Positions 1-10,828 of a DNA stretch of 64,000 bases are shown in pieces; position 1 is the first letter of the stretch; each line of letters opens with the position of its first letter. The notes beneath the pieces are model-generated. The model was given only the letters and a program-made list of their open reading frames with translations, was not told the origin of the DNA and did not search any database. A program made the translations under genes and the position numbers. Where the stretch lies: IMG/VR virus record IMGVR_UViG_3300025769_000069, one strand, 5' to 3'. This stretch comes from a virus.

Positions 1-1
1 A

Positions 2-1057
2 TATGAGAAAACAAAAGATAAATCTCTTCTTTCTAAGATTAACCAAGCTGAAAACAATCAGATGGCCATTAAAATCTTGCTTAACTCTTTATATGGCGCT
101 CTTGCTAATAAGTACTTTAAATATTTTGATAATGCACTGGCAGAATCTGTTACACTTACTGGCCAGACTGTTATCAAGTGGGCCGAGCAATGTATGAACA
201 AAGCCATGAACGATATTACAAAAGCCGATAAAGATTATATTGTTGCTATTGATACCGATTCGATCTATGTCAATATGGGTCCTCTTGTTGAAAAGTTTAA
301 ACCAAAAGATCCTGTTAAGTTTTTAGATAAAATATGTAAAGATCATTTTGAAAAAATTATGGCAAAATCATATGATGAGTTTTTCTTTATCATGAATGGC
401 TATACTCCTCGTATGGAAATGGCTCGAGAAGTTATTGCTGATCGTGGCATATGGACAGCAAAGAAACGCTATATTCTTAATGTGCACAATTCAGAGGGTG
501 TACAATATGCTGAACCAAAACTCAAGATGATGGGTATTGAAGCTATTAAATCTTCAACACCCGAAGTGGTTCGTAATAAATTCAAAGAAGTCTTTAAAGT
601 AATCATAAATAGCTCTGAATCTGAAACTCAATCTTTCATTGCTGACTTCAAACGACAATTCAATAGCTTACCGCCTGAAGATGTGGCATTTCCTCGTGGA
701 GTATCTGAAGTTGAAAAATGGAAAGATCGTAGAACAATATATGCAAAAGGCACACCAATTCACGTAAGAGGATCACTACTATATAATAATAAGTTGAATG
801 ATCTAAATCTTACTAAACGATATGAAACAATCAAGAATGGCGAGAAGATTAAGTTCTTATATTTAAAAAAACCAAACCCTATCAAAGAAAATGTTATTTC
901 ATTTCCAGGGATCTTGCCTAAAGAATTTGGTGTACATCAGCATGTAGATTATGGTATAATGTTTGAGAAGACATTTATTGAGCCATTGAAACCAATCCTT
1001 GACGCTATGGATTGGACACACGAACCAATGGCTACACTGGAGGATTTCTTTGCATAA
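2..1057 (+). CDS. gp43: Family B DNA polymerase (T4 gp43-like), 5'-truncated by window edge
   Basis: [10 protein letters not shown] and IDTDS motifs, KKRY, C-terminal clamp-binding TLEDFFA; frame is open upstream of the Met at 62. Confidence 0.97.
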   Translation, partial: YEKTKDKSLLSKINQAENNQMAIKILLNSLYGALANKYFKYFDNALAESVTLTGQTVIKWAEQCMNKAMNDITKADKDYIVAIDTDSIYVNMGPLVEKFKPKDPVKFLDKICKDHFEKIMAKSYDEFFFIMNGYTPRMEMAREVIADRGIWTAKKRYILNVHNSEGVQYAEPKLKMMGIEAIKSSTPEVVRNKFKEVFKVIINSSESETQSFIADFKRQFNSLPPEDVAFPRGVSEVEKWKDRRTIYAKGTPIHVRGSLLYNNKLNDLNLTKRYETIKNGEKIKFLYLKKPNPIKENVISFPGILPKEFGVHQHVDYGIMFEKTFIEPLKPILDAMDWTHEPMATLEDFFA

Positions 1058-1989
1058 TGTATTCTTTGACTGTATTTACTAGTAGATTTGATAATAAAAC
1101 AGATAAGCGATTTGACTTTGAAACATGGGATAAGTTTTCAAGGTTTTTGTATAAACTATCTGAGCGACCATTAGGAGGTAAGACTGATGCAGAACTTATA
1201 TCACCGGCTGTTTATAACATTGGCACAACTAGGGCAAACAAGAATGTATTGGCTTGGGCAGGTTGGTGTGCTGTTGACGTTGATGATTGGACACCTGAAG
1301 GAGATCTAAATGATACCCTTATCAATAAGTTTGGTCTATGGGACTTCATTTGCTATAGTACTGCTTCTAGTTTGGAAGAACTACCCAAGTTCCGGCTTGT
1401 ATTTAGACTTGATAGAAATATACACCAAGATGAAATCAAGCATTTTTGGTGGGCACTCAACACTGAACTTGACAGCATCGGAGATCGCCAAACTAAAGAC
1501 CTCAGCAGAATGTATTATGTCCCTGCGAATTACAGTGGTGCTTTTAACTTTATTTTCAGCAATTCTGGTGTTCCTATTGATGTGGACGAGTTACTTGCTC
1601 GACATAGATACGATGATAAAAGAGATTCCGGAAATTTTCTCGACCGTCTCCCAGACGAATGGCGAAAGCAAATAATTGAACATCGTAAAAGCTCACTAGA
1701 AAATACAGACTATAGCTGGTCTAGTTATCATGATTGTCCATTTTGGCCAAAGAGTCTAGCATCAGATTATATGACGATAAATAAGACGGGCTGGTATCAT
1801 AAAATGTATCAAATTATGATTGCTGTTGCTGGTCGAGCTGTAGAAAAAGGTTATCCAATTACAGCTAAAGAAATTGAAGACTTATGCCGTGCTTTTGATA
1901 ATGACACTGGCCGTTGGTATGAAAATCGTGCTATTGAAAAAGAAGCAAACAATGCTTTAGAATATGTGTATAGAAATGGAGTTTTTTAA
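1057..1989 (+). CDS. Primase-like (AEP/PrimPol-type) protein conserved next to gp43
   Basis: AVDVDD, YSTAS, PKFRLVF and KDLSRMYY motifs; TAATG overlap with the pol stop. Confidence 0.7.
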   Translation: MYSLTVFTSRFDNKTDKRFDFETWDKFSRFLYKLSERPLGGKTDAELISPAVYNIGTTRANKNVLAWAGWCAVDVDDWTPEGDLNDTLINKFGLWDFICYSTASSLEELPKFRLVFRLDRNIHQDEIKHFWWALNTELDSIGDRQTKDLSRMYYVPANYSGAFNFIFSNSGVPIDVDELLARHRYDDKRDSGNFLDRLPDEWRKQIIEHRKSSLENTDYSWSSYHDCPFWPKSLASDYMTINKTGWYHKMYQIMIAVAGRAVEKGYPITAKEIEDLCRAFDNDTGRWYENRAIEKEANNALEYVYRNGVF

Positions 1990-2567
1990 TGGAAAGCTAT
2001 GTGTTAAAAAAATCTTCTTTTGTTGTGGATAATCAAAAACATATTATTCAAGCATGTGAGTTATGTAAATACTCATTAACAAATTATTTGGAAGATAATG
2101 GAAAGTCGGATAGTACTACAAGAAACTATATGGATTATAATATCTTTTCATGGTCTTCAACTGATCAATATATGTATGATTTATTTAAAGAAATTAGAAA
2201 TGAAATACGTTCTTATGTAGGAAACGACAAAAGAATGTGGTTTCAATCTTGGTTAAATTATTCTACTTATAGCGATCTTAGAACTGATCTAGGGCCTCAT
2301 CAACATGATTGGGATATTCATGGTTATGTTACTATAGAACCAAAGCATACTATCACTTCATTTTATGACCAAACAGTTGATACTCCAAAATTTCAAATAA
2401 AGAATGAAATTGGAAACATTTATATTGGTCCGGCCGGTCCAGATTATAAACATCAAGTAATAAATACGAAACCTTGGTCCGGATCAAGAATTACTATTGC
2501 TTTTGATTGTACTTTTGATCCTAACTATATTGTAGCTAATAATAATGTACTGTTTCCACTATTGTAA
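1989..2567 (+). CDS. Putative 2OG-Fe(II) oxygenase
   Basis: HQHD...HQV...RITIAFD pattern. Confidence 0.65.
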   Translation: MESYVLKKSSFVVDNQKHIIQACELCKYSLTNYLEDNGKSDSTTRNYMDYNIFSWSSTDQYMYDLFKEIRNEIRSYVGNDKRMWFQSWLNYSTYSDLRTDLGPHQHDWDIHGYVTIEPKHTITSFYDQTVDTPKFQIKNEIGNIYIGPAGPDYKHQVINTKPWSGSRITIAFDCTFDPNYIVANNNVLFPLL

Positions 2568-2578
2568 AGGAAAAACTA

Positions 2579-2734
2579 ATGTTACCAGATGAAATGGAAG
2601 CTGAGAAGAATAGAAAGATTATCATATCTCAGGCAGAAACTATTGAAATTTTAAAACAGAATGTTCTAGATTTACAAGAGCAATTGAACAATGCATATAT
2701 TCGTATTAGAAAATTAACGGAGAATAAATTATGA
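2579..2734 (+). CDS. Small coiled-coil hypothetical protein (MLPDEMEAEKNRK...)
   Basis: AAGG RBS; ATGA overlap with the next gene; below the ORF-track cutoff. Confidence 0.7.
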   Translation: MLPDEMEAEKNRKIIISQAETIEILKQNVLDLQEQLNNAYIRIRKLTENKL

Positions 2735-3129
2735 AAGCAGGTAAAGTGTGGGGAACAACTGAATTAATTGAAGCAAATTGCGCTTTAGAATTTCATCGTA
2801 TTGAAATGGAAGCAGGTGGGGTATGCTCTAAGCATATGCATCGTTATAAATGGAATGGATTCTATGTAGAGTCTGGACGTATGCTTATTCGTACATGGCA
2901 AAAAGACTATAATCTGGTAGATGTAACCGAACTTCAAATAGGTGAATATCATAAAGTAAAACCAGGTTTGTACCATCAATTTGAATGTATCGAATCAGGT
3001 GTTGCATATGAACTATATTGGGCTGAGTTTAATCATAATGATATTGTAAGAGAGACTGTAGGACATATGGGTAATATAAAACCTGAACCCAACATCCCAA
3101 TAGCACCATATGATATTGGACATCAATAA
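2731..3129 (+). CDS. Cupin-fold protein (sugar isomerase-like)
   Basis: KVWG, CSKHMH...K.NGFYV, PGLYHQF. Confidence 0.75.
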   Translation: MKAGKVWGTTELIEANCALEFHRIEMEAGGVCSKHMHRYKWNGFYVESGRMLIRTWQKDYNLVDVTELQIGEYHKVKPGLYHQFECIESGVAYELYWAEFNHNDIVRETVGHMGNIKPEPNIPIAPYDIGHQ

Positions 3130-3131
3130 CC

Positions 3132-3836
3132 ATGCATTATATTTTCGATGTAGATGGCACATTAACTCCATCTAGACAATTAATGAATAAACATTTTGAA
3201 AAGTGGTTTGAAAACTTTTCAGCACACCATAATGTGTATCTTGTAACTGGATCTGACCGTGATAAAACTTTGGCTCAAGTGGGAGATGTTATTTACAATC
3301 TAGCTAAAACAGTATATAATTGTTCTGGTAATGATGTTTGGAAACAAGATAAAAATATTAGATCAAATTACTTTCAATTGCCAGATAATGTAAAAAAAGA
3401 TCTAACAATAGAAGCGAATGATTCCAGATTTCATGCAAAGAATGGTGACCATTTTGATGAACGTCCGGGGTTAGTCAACTTTAGCGTTGTAGGAAGAAAC
3501 TGTAGTCTTGAAAATAGATTTCTATATGTGCAATGGGATGAGCATAAAAATGAAAGAGAAATCATAGCTGAAAAAATGAGAGAGAAATATCCCGATCTTA
3601 ATTTTCAAGTGGCAGGAGAAACTGGAATTGATATTACTCTAAAGGGTTTAGACAAATCTCAAATTTTAAAAGATTTTATCACTCACGATGGGGCTATATA
3701 CTTCTTTGGAGATAAGATGGAATATGGCGGAAATGATTATGAACTCGGCTTGGCAGTCGCTAGATCTGGAAACCATGTCCATCAGGTTAAAGATTGGAGA
3801 CATACATGGAAAATTCTAAAAGAATTATCGGCTTAA
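3132..3836 (+). CDS. HAD-family phosphomannomutase (eukaryotic PMM-like)
   Basis: FDVDGTLT, ERPGLVNFSVVGR, FFGDKMEYGGNDY. Confidence 0.85.
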   Translation: MHYIFDVDGTLTPSRQLMNKHFEKWFENFSAHHNVYLVTGSDRDKTLAQVGDVIYNLAKTVYNCSGNDVWKQDKNIRSNYFQLPDNVKKDLTIEANDSRFHAKNGDHFDERPGLVNFSVVGRNCSLENRFLYVQWDEHKNEREIIAEKMREKYPDLNFQVAGETGIDITLKGLDKSQILKDFITHDGAIYFFGDKMEYGGNDYELGLAVARSGNHVHQVKDWRHTWKILKELSA

Positions 3837-4240
3837 CTGCTTCCACATTTGATTTGTTACACGCTGGCCATTGCGCAATGCTTCGTGAAGCAAAAGATCA
3901 TTGTGATTATTTGATTTGTGCTTTACAGGTAGATCCATCTATAGATAGAGCAGAAAAAAATGCACCCGTTCAAACATTGGTTGAGCGTTGGCTGCAATTG
4001 CAAAGTGTAAAATATGTTGATGAAATTATTCCATATCAAACTGAAGAAGATTTAAAAGATATTTTACAAATGTTTGATTTAGATTTACGTATTATTGGCC
4101 AAGAATATAAGTCAATGAAATTTACTGGACGTGACATTTGTTCACAGCGCAATATTGAAATTTATTACAACAAAAGAGATCATAGATTTTCTACATCTGA
4201 TCTACGTAAACGCGTTTTTGAAACGGAGAAAACAAAATGA
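3806..4240 (+). CDS. Glycerol-3-phosphate cytidylyltransferase-like (TagD family)
   Basis: FDLLHAGH, VKYVDEIIPY, RDHRFSTS. Confidence 0.85.
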   Translation: MENSKRIIGLTASTFDLLHAGHCAMLREAKDHCDYLICALQVDPSIDRAEKNAPVQTLVERWLQLQSVKYVDEIIPYQTEEDLKDILQMFDLDLRIIGQEYKSMKFTGRDICSQRNIEIYYNKRDHRFSTSDLRKRVFETEKTK

Positions 4241-5043
4241 ATATTTTAATCGTTGGTCATGGTTTTGTAGGACAAGCTGTGGATTATGGTTTCCAACATC
4301 CGGACATTGAAAAGACTATTATTGATCCAAAATATGGAACAACAATAGATGAAATTGACCAAACAAAATATAGTGCAGCTTTTGTTTGTGTACCTACACC
4401 AATGGGCGATGATGGTCGTGTAAATTATTCTATAGTAAGAGATGTTGTTAATAAATTAAAAGATAAAATGGTTGTTATTATCAAATCAACTATTACGCCA
4501 GATTTTTTTGATTTATATGCTGACGCAAATCACATTGTTTATAATCCAGAATTTTTAACTGAAAAATCTGCAAAAGAAGATTTTGTAAATCCTCCTTTCC
4601 ATATCTTAGGTGGTTCAGAGTTTTCTATTGATTATGTAGAAAAACTATATGATAATTATAGTCTGTGTAATCCGTGTCCAGTATTCAAAGTAAGCCATAA
4701 AGAAGCAAGTTTAATTAAATATGGTATCAATAATTTCTTATCTATGAAAGTTACATTTTTCAATCAACTGTACGACTTGGCTCAAAAAGAGGGTGTAAAC
4801 TTTAATAAAATTTCTCGTGTAATTGGGTCAGATCCTCGCATTGGTCAATCACACACTAAAGTTCCAGGGTTTGATGGTAAACAAGGTTATGGTGGAGCAT
4901 GTTTCCCAAAAGATACTTCAGCACTATTTAATTATGATAAGGGGTTTACAATCATTGGAGAATGTATTAGAATTAATAATGGATACAGATCTCAATATGA
5001 TTTAGATGAAAGAGAAAGAGAGCAGAATGTTAAGTTTTCTTAG
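4237..5043 (+). CDS. ugd: UDP-glucose/GDP-mannose 6-dehydrogenase
   Basis: GHGFVG, CVPTP, IKST, YNPEFL, GYGGACFPKD. Confidence 0.9.
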   Translation: MNILIVGHGFVGQAVDYGFQHPDIEKTIIDPKYGTTIDEIDQTKYSAAFVCVPTPMGDDGRVNYSIVRDVVNKLKDKMVVIIKSTITPDFFDLYADANHIVYNPEFLTEKSAKEDFVNPPFHILGGSEFSIDYVEKLYDNYSLCNPCPVFKVSHKEASLIKYGINNFLSMKVTFFNQLYDLAQKEGVNFNKISRVIGSDPRIGQSHTKVPGFDGKQGYGGACFPKDTSALFNYDKGFTIIGECIRINNGYRSQYDLDEREREQNVKFS

Positions 5044-5866
5044 TAAGAAACCTAAAACCGAAAATATTCGTTGGGGTTGGGATCATCAATGGGATCCTGC
5101 AGTGGATCTGATGATGCCACAAGGAGGTAGTGGTACGTCTCTACAACTAGACGACTTTTTGGATGTTAAACCAATTCCAAAATGGTTTAAAAACATGCCA
5201 ACTCTTGTGGATGAAGTGCGCCATCATCCTGGCAATAATTCAAATGAAAAACTTATGAATTGGTTTTATCAACCCAATAATTGGAACGCATTATTCGACA
5301 AGAGACTAGATCAACATACAACTTTCCGTACAATGAAAGGATGCCCTGCTGTATTAAATCAATTTACTCATAGTGTTTTAATTAAAACTCCTAGTGATTT
5401 GTTTATTGAAGTTCACGAAAAATATGGACCAAGATTTAAATCGCATTTAGATTGTATGTCTTTCACAGGTCATGCTCCAAACCAAACTGAAGGGAGCCCA
5501 CTGGATAAAAATTTTTGGATTATAAAAGCACATACACCACTAATTTTTTCTTCAGAAGTTGGCAATCGCGTTTTCTATCAAGATTGTTTATGGGAAAAAA
5601 TATATGATTTTAGAATTGTTCCAGGTCACATTGGAATCAAGACAAAAGAAATAGTTCCAATAACATTCTTTATGGCTTTCCCAAGAAATCTACCTACTGC
5701 TAAATATGTTTTAAAACGTGGCGAGCCATTAGCTTATATTACTTTTATGAATAAATTTAAAAAATTTATTTATGACGAATCGCTATTTAAAAAACATAGA
5801 AGAGATCAATATCAAAGGCATTTTTCTTATTTCGAAAAGCCCAAAATATCATATGAGGAAAACTAA
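5027..5866 (+). CDS. Hypothetical protein (TMKGCP-type conserved phage family)
   Basis: Long ORF in operon; TMKGCPA...KRGEPLA. Confidence 0.5.
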   Translation: MLSFLSKKPKTENIRWGWDHQWDPAVDLMMPQGGSGTSLQLDDFLDVKPIPKWFKNMPTLVDEVRHHPGNNSNEKLMNWFYQPNNWNALFDKRLDQHTTFRTMKGCPAVLNQFTHSVLIKTPSDLFIEVHEKYGPRFKSHLDCMSFTGHAPNQTEGSPLDKNFWIIKAHTPLIFSSEVGNRVFYQDCLWEKIYDFRIVPGHIGIKTKEIVPITFFMAFPRNLPTAKYVLKRGEPLAYITFMNKFKKFIYDESLFKKHRRDQYQRHFSYFEKPKISYEEN

Positions 5867-5868
5867 TA

Positions 5869-6915
5869 ATGTCAATTATGGACAAACTTAAAAAGAACAG
5901 TAAGATTAAAACTACCGAAGTTTTATCTGAATCTAAGTTCTTTACAGAAAAAGACATGGTTCCAACAGATGTGCCAATGATTAATGTAGCACTATCTGGT
6001 TCAGTTGATGGTGGACTTACACCAGGAATGACTGTGCTTGCTGGACCATCTAAACATTTTAAAACATCATTTGCATTATTGATGGCAGCTGCTTATTTGA
6101 AAAAATATCCAGATGCTGTAATGCTATTTTATGATTCCGAGTTTGGCTCACCACAATCTTACTTTACTCAATTTGGTATTGATACTGCAAGAGTGTTACA
6201 TACACCAATTGCAAACGTTGAAGAGTTAAAGTTTGATTTGGTGGGTCAATTAGAAGAAATTGAACGCGGTGATCGCGTAATTATTGTGATTGACTCTATT
6301 GGTAACCTTGCATCAAAGAAAGAATTGGAAGACGCCTTGAATGAAAAATCTGTGGCGGATATGTCACGGGCTAAAGCGCTCAAAGGCTTGTTCCGTATGA
6401 CTACTCCATATTTAACTATGAAAGATGTGCCATTATTGGCCGTCAATCATACGTATAAAGAAATTGGTCTATTTCCTAAAGATGTTGTTGGTGGAGGTAC
6501 TGGTATCTATTATTCAGCAGATAATATTTGGATTATTGGTCGCCAACAAGATAAAAAGGGAACTGAGATTCAAGGTTATCATTTTGTAATTAATGTAGAG
6601 AAAAGCAGATATGTTAAAGAAAAATCTAAGATTCCTATTACTGTTTCCTGGGACGGTGGTGTCCGTAATTACTCTGGGCTGCTCGATTGTGCTCTTGCTG
6701 GCGGTTATGTTACTAAGCCTTCCAATGGCTGGTATGCTACAGTTGATCAGGATACTGGTGAAATTGGAGCAAAAGTTCGGTACGATACAACTCTTGGTAA
6801 GTCTTTCTGGGACCCAATATTTGCTGAAACAGATTTTAAAACTTTCCTAAATAAACAATATAGTATAGGACACCAATCCTTGGTGGACATGGACGAAATT
6901 GTTGAGGAAGTATGA
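5869..6915 (+). CDS. uvsX: RecA-like recombinase UvsX
   Basis: AGPSKHFKT Walker A, YDSEFG, DSIGNLASKKE. Confidence 0.96.
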   Translation: MSIMDKLKKNSKIKTTEVLSESKFFTEKDMVPTDVPMINVALSGSVDGGLTPGMTVLAGPSKHFKTSFALLMAAAYLKKYPDAVMLFYDSEFGSPQSYFTQFGIDTARVLHTPIANVEELKFDLVGQLEEIERGDRVIIVIDSIGNLASKKELEDALNEKSVADMSRAKALKGLFRMTTPYLTMKDVPLLAVNHTYKEIGLFPKDVVGGGTGIYYSADNIWIIGRQQDKKGTEIQGYHFVINVEKSRYVKEKSKIPITVSWDGGVRNYSGLLDCALAGGYVTKPSNGWYATVDQDTGEIGAKVRYDTTLGKSFWDPIFAETDFKTFLNKQYSIGHQSLVDMDEIVEEV

Positions 6916-7115
6916 CAAAATATAAAGTAATATATCCCCCGGATGGGCATGCATATGGATTTCCCCGTTTGATGCCAGAACATATAAATCCAAAAACTCC
7001 AGCTTTTAATGAGTTTTTAAAAACCAATGGGTATCCATCTCACAAGATACCTATTGCCAATGATTTTACTGAAATGTGGAGTTTAGACAGCGATGAAAGA
7101 AAACATAGATTATGA
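6912..7115 (+). CDS. Hypothetical protein
   Basis: Coupled ORF, YPPDGHAYGFP. Confidence 0.6.
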   Translation: MTKYKVIYPPDGHAYGFPRLMPEHINPKTPAFNEFLKTNGYPSHKIPIANDFTEMWSLDSDERKHRL

Positions 7116-7359
7116 GTTGATCCCTATTGAGGATGCTGAACATTGGAATGTCAGAATCAAAACAGGTGATTACATTGAAACAGTTTTTCAGTTCGGAGCT
7201 TTAAAAGTAAATGATGACATAGACAGTATGACTTTTAATTTTGATATTGTTTCTACACCAGATGATACTTTAACTACTGAAGATATTGGTTTACAAAATC
7301 ACGTAGGTATGATATTATCATCTATATTAGAATCAGCTATAGGTCAAGCTCAAGGATGA
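7093..7359 (+). CDS. Small acidic protein in the gp40 position
   Basis: Between uvsX and gp41 as in T4; synteny only. Confidence 0.5.
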   Translation: MKENIDYELIPIEDAEHWNVRIKTGDYIETVFQFGALKVNDDIDSMTFNFDIVSTPDDTLTTEDIGLQNHVGMILSSILESAIGQAQG

Positions 7360-8726
7360 ATATTAATATTGAACAAACAGTCTTGCGCAATGTTCTTACA
7401 AATGAGAAATATATGCGCAAGGTTTTACCATTTGTAAAACCAGAATATTTTGAAGGTGTTTATCGACAACTATTTAAAGAAGTAGCTAAATATGTTGCAA
7501 AATATAATCGCTTGCCAACAATGGAATCATTTAAGATTGAAGTAGATCAATCAGATAAATTCAATGACGAACAATACCAGCATGCCGTAGAAATTATTCC
7601 AAATGTATTTACTCATGAAAAAGTAGATGACAAGTGGCTTATAGATACTACTGAGAAATGGTGCCAAGATCGTGCTGTTTATAATGCAATCATGGAATCC
7701 ATTAGTATTATTGATGGTAAACATCAGAGCTTAACTAAGAATGCTTTACCAGATATTCTTACCAAAGCTTTGGCGGTATCCTTTGACACTAACATTGGCC
7801 ATGATTATATTGAAAACGCTGATAGTCGATATGAGTTTTATCATGAAAAAGAAGAACGTCTTCCATTCGATTTAGAATATTTTAATAAAATTACAAAGGG
7901 TGGTCTTCCTAATAAAACACTGAATATTGCTCTTGCTGGCACTGGTGTTGGTAAATCTCTCTTTATGTGTCATGTAGCTGCAGCAGCATTAACTCAAGGT
8001 AAGAACGTACTTTATATTACATTAGAAATGAGTGAAGAGCGTATCGCTGAACGCATAGATGCCAATCTTTTAGATGTGCCAATAGATCAATTAGAATCAT
8101 TATCAAAAGAAATGCTGTTGAATAAAGTTTCTACTATTGCTGCTCGTACTAATGGGAAATTAATTATAAAAGAATATCCAACTGGCCAAGCACATGCTAA
8201 TCATTTCAGAGGCTTATTAAATGAGCTCAAGTTAAAAAAGAATTTTGTTCCAGAGATTATTTTTATTGACTATTTAAATATTTCTGCATCAGCAAGAATG
8301 AAAGGTATGGGAGGTGCTATTAACTCTTATTCTTATATTAAAGCGATTGCTGAAGAAATTCGTGGTTTGGCTGTGGAATTTAATGTGCCAATTATGTCAG
8401 CTACTCAAACAACTCGTTCTGGATATTCTAATTCAGATGTTGGTTTGGAAGATACTTCAGAATCATTTGGCTTACCGGCAACCGCTGATTTAATGTTTGC
8501 TTTAATTTCTAATGACGAGCTAGCTGCGAATGGCCAAATTATGGTAAAGCAATTAAAGAATAGATACAACGATCCAAATATAAATAAACGATTTGTTGTA
8601 GCTGTGGATAGATCTAAAATGAGACTATTCGATGTAGACAATCCAGATGCTGGATTAGTTGATGATACTCCGGCTTTTGATAAGTCGGAAGTAAATAAAA
8701 GATTTGAAGATTTTAAATTGGAGTAA
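7356..8726 (+). CDS. gp41: Replicative DnaB-like helicase gp41
   Basis: AGTGVGKS, IKEYPTG, IDYLNI, SESFGLPATAD. Confidence 0.97.
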   Translation: MNINIEQTVLRNVLTNEKYMRKVLPFVKPEYFEGVYRQLFKEVAKYVAKYNRLPTMESFKIEVDQSDKFNDEQYQHAVEIIPNVFTHEKVDDKWLIDTTEKWCQDRAVYNAIMESISIIDGKHQSLTKNALPDILTKALAVSFDTNIGHDYIENADSRYEFYHEKEERLPFDLEYFNKITKGGLPNKTLNIALAGTGVGKSLFMCHVAAAALTQGKNVLYITLEMSEERIAERIDANLLDVPIDQLESLSKEMLLNKVSTIAARTNGKLIIKEYPTGQAHANHFRGLLNELKLKKNFVPEIIFIDYLNISASARMKGMGGAINSYSYIKAIAEEIRGLAVEFNVPIMSATQTTRSGYSNSDVGLEDTSESFGLPATADLMFALISNDELAANGQIMVKQLKNRYNDPNINKRFVVAVDRSKMRLFDVDNPDAGLVDDTPAFDKSEVNKRFEDFKLE

Positions 8727-8729
8727 ATT

Positions 8730-8846
8730 ATGGCTAAAGGTTTTACTAATGCAAAGAAGACGTCCATTGGTCGTCGTAATATCAAAACATCATCTATGAA
8801 CAAAGGTAAAAAACGTTCATTTAAAAAATATCGAGGTCAAGGTTAA
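8730..8846 (+). CDS. Small basic protein ending KKYRGQG
   Basis: GGAG RBS; KYRGQG C-terminus seen in marine T4-like phages. Confidence 0.7.
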   Translation: MAKGFTNAKKTSIGRRNIKTSSMNKGKKRSFKKYRGQG

Positions 8847-9526
8847 TGCATGCAAAGCTCATTTCCTATAGCCAACCCGGCGGTCGTATCCACGCAGGCG
8901 AACCAGCTTACAGGGGATTGGATAACATCCAAGACCTCATTGCCTATTGCGCCCGTGTCTCCAATCCATCCAACCAAGCTAACACCAAAACAACGGCAAA
9001 GTTACTTGACTATCTCATCAAGCACAAACACTGGTCACCATTCGAAATGGCAAGCGCCTGCATCGAAGTCGAAACCACCAGAGACATTGCAAGACAACTC
9101 CTCCGCCACCGTTCCTTTAGTTTCCAAGAGTTTTCTCAGCGGTATGCTGACATCCGCGATCTTAATGATAATTTTGTAATTCGTGATGCACGTCTTCAAG
9201 ACACTAAGAATCGACAAAATAGTATTGATACTACAGACGTTGAATTGCAACAACAATGGGAAGGTTATCAAAAAGGAGTTATCAATGCAGCAAAACAAGC
9301 ATATGAATGGGCAATCGAAAATGGAATTGCCAAAGAACAAGCAAGAGTCGTTCTTCCAGAAGGTAACACGGTATCTCGTCTCTATGTTAATGGTACTATT
9401 CGCTCCTGGATACATTATGTCGAGCTACGTTCGGCAAATGGAACCCAAAAAGAGCATATGGAACTGGCGAGGGCGATAGCAGAAGCTATAAGTAAGATAT
9501 ATCCAAAGATAAATATATTTTTATAA
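8846..9526 (+). CDS. thyX: FAD-dependent thymidylate synthase
   Basis: HWSPFE and RHRSFSFQEFSQRY signature. Confidence 0.97.
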   Translation: MHAKLISYSQPGGRIHAGEPAYRGLDNIQDLIAYCARVSNPSNQANTKTTAKLLDYLIKHKHWSPFEMASACIEVETTRDIARQLLRHRSFSFQEFSQRYADIRDLNDNFVIRDARLQDTKNRQNSIDTTDVELQQQWEGYQKGVINAAKQAYEWAIENGIAKEQARVVLPEGNTVSRLYVNGTIRSWIHYVELRSANGTQKEHMELARAIAEAISKIYPKINIFL

Positions 9527-9537
9527 GGAGGAAAAAC

Positions 9538-9717
9538 ATGAAACAAAATTTTATAAATGATCCAGATAAAGCAGGTAAAGTTTCTTATAAGTTTGTAGGA
9601 GAAGCTGAGACGTTTGAGTATCACTATGCAGCAGATGATACAGAAGCTGAGCAAATTAGAGTGGAGAATGGATATGACTCTTTTTCAGTTGCAACTATTC
9701 TTAAAACTGTAGCTTAA
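9538..9717 (+). CDS. Hypothetical protein
   Basis: AGGAGG RBS and open frame MKQNFINDPD... Confidence 0.6.
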   Translation: MKQNFINDPDKAGKVSYKFVGEAETFEYHYAADDTEAEQIRVENGYDSFSVATILKTVA

Positions 9718-9720
9718 ACT

Positions 9721-9939
9721 ATGGGTAAAAAGCTTCAAACTTGGCATACTGATAATGATACTGGTTATTGTGAAATTCATTTCAGCCCCAAAGATGAAAT
9801 GTTTTATATTAAATACTTTGATGAAAATAATAAATGCTTTTTTTCAGAGGATTTTCCAAATAAAAGTTTACATTATGTTGAAGATGCAGCGGAAAACTGG
9901 TGTACAGGTATTAAAAAATTGGATATAATAAATGCATGA
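9721..9939 (+). CDS. Hypothetical protein
   Basis: ORF track; KSLHYVEDAAENW. Confidence 0.65.
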   Translation: MGKKLQTWHTDNDTGYCEIHFSPKDEMFYIKYFDENNKCFFSEDFPNKSLHYVEDAAENWCTGIKKLDIINA

Positions 9940-10087
9940 ATTAGAAGTTCAATCCGATTCAGATGGACAACTATTTCTAGAATTTCCAAGTGCTCTTCTC
10001 AATCAAGTTGGTTGGGATGCCGGTGACACTCTTCTATGGGAGGAATTACCTGATGGCAATTGGAAAATAGAAAAGGATGAAGAATGA
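9932..10087 (+). CDS. AbrB/MazE-like small DNA-binding protein
   Basis: LEFPSALLNQVGWDAGDTLLW swapped-hairpin pattern. Confidence 0.65.
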   Translation: MHELEVQSDSDGQLFLEFPSALLNQVGWDAGDTLLWEELPDGNWKIEKDEE

Positions 10088-10132
10088 ATTATGGGTTGGT
10101 GGAAACAAAAAGATTTAATGAGGAAAAAATAT

Positions 10133-10585
10133 ATGTCTGAGAATTGGGTTGCAGATATCAACAAAATGCACGACAAGTTTGGTGTGCATAAATGGTTTGA
10201 AGAAAACAAAGATAACAAAGATCTGATGCGTAAGTATCTGATGTTTCGTTTGTTGATGTGTCAGGAGGAGTTAAGTGAAACACTCGCTGCTTATAATAAT
10301 GGAGATGCTGAAGAAGTTGTTGATGGTCTCATTGATCTTTGCGTTTTTGCTATTGGCACTCTCGACGTATTTGGTGTTGATGCTTGGGACGCTTGGAATC
10401 GTGTCCATAGTGCTAATATGGCAAAAGAGCCAGGAGTTAAGCCGGGACGTCCTAATCCGTTTGGGCTACCGGATCTACTGAAGCCGGGTGGTTGGATTGG
10501 TCCAAACCACGAAGGTAATCACGGTAATCTTAATGCAGCTATTGACGATCGTCCAGAACCAAATATTGATCGTAATGCTTGGTAA
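10133..10585 (+). CDS. MazG-like all-alpha NTP pyrophosphatase (candidate dCTPase/dUTPase)
   Basis: QEELSE...EEVVDGLID...VHSANMAK. Confidence 0.8.
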   Translation: MSENWVADINKMHDKFGVHKWFEENKDNKDLMRKYLMFRLLMCQEELSETLAAYNNGDAEEVVDGLIDLCVFAIGTLDVFGVDAWDAWNRVHSANMAKEPGVKPGRPNPFGLPDLLKPGGWIGPNHEGNHGNLNAAIDDRPEPNIDRNAW

Positions 10586-10742
10586 TGGTTTGGTTTTTTG
10601 GCCCTATCCTATCCTATTTTGTACTACTTTTATATGCAGGATTAGGATTTGATTCTGGATCTGATAAAAATCTTTTGAATGAGTATCTCATAATCGCTAG
10701 CTGCTATTATCAAATCTTAATTTTTTACACAATATTCAAGAA

Positions 10743-10820
10743 AAAAAAGTGAGCTACTGCTCACTTTTTTGTTTACAATTGATATGAAATAGTGTAGTAT
10801 GGTCTTAGGTAATGAAGGAG
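10743..10820 (+). promoter_or_regulatory. Hairpin + early promoter + RBS cassette, copy 1
   Basis: AAAAAAGTGAGC-TACT-GCTCACTTTTTT, then GTTTACA-17-TAGTAT, then ATGAAGGAG. Confidence 0.9.
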
Positions 10821-10828
10821 AATATATC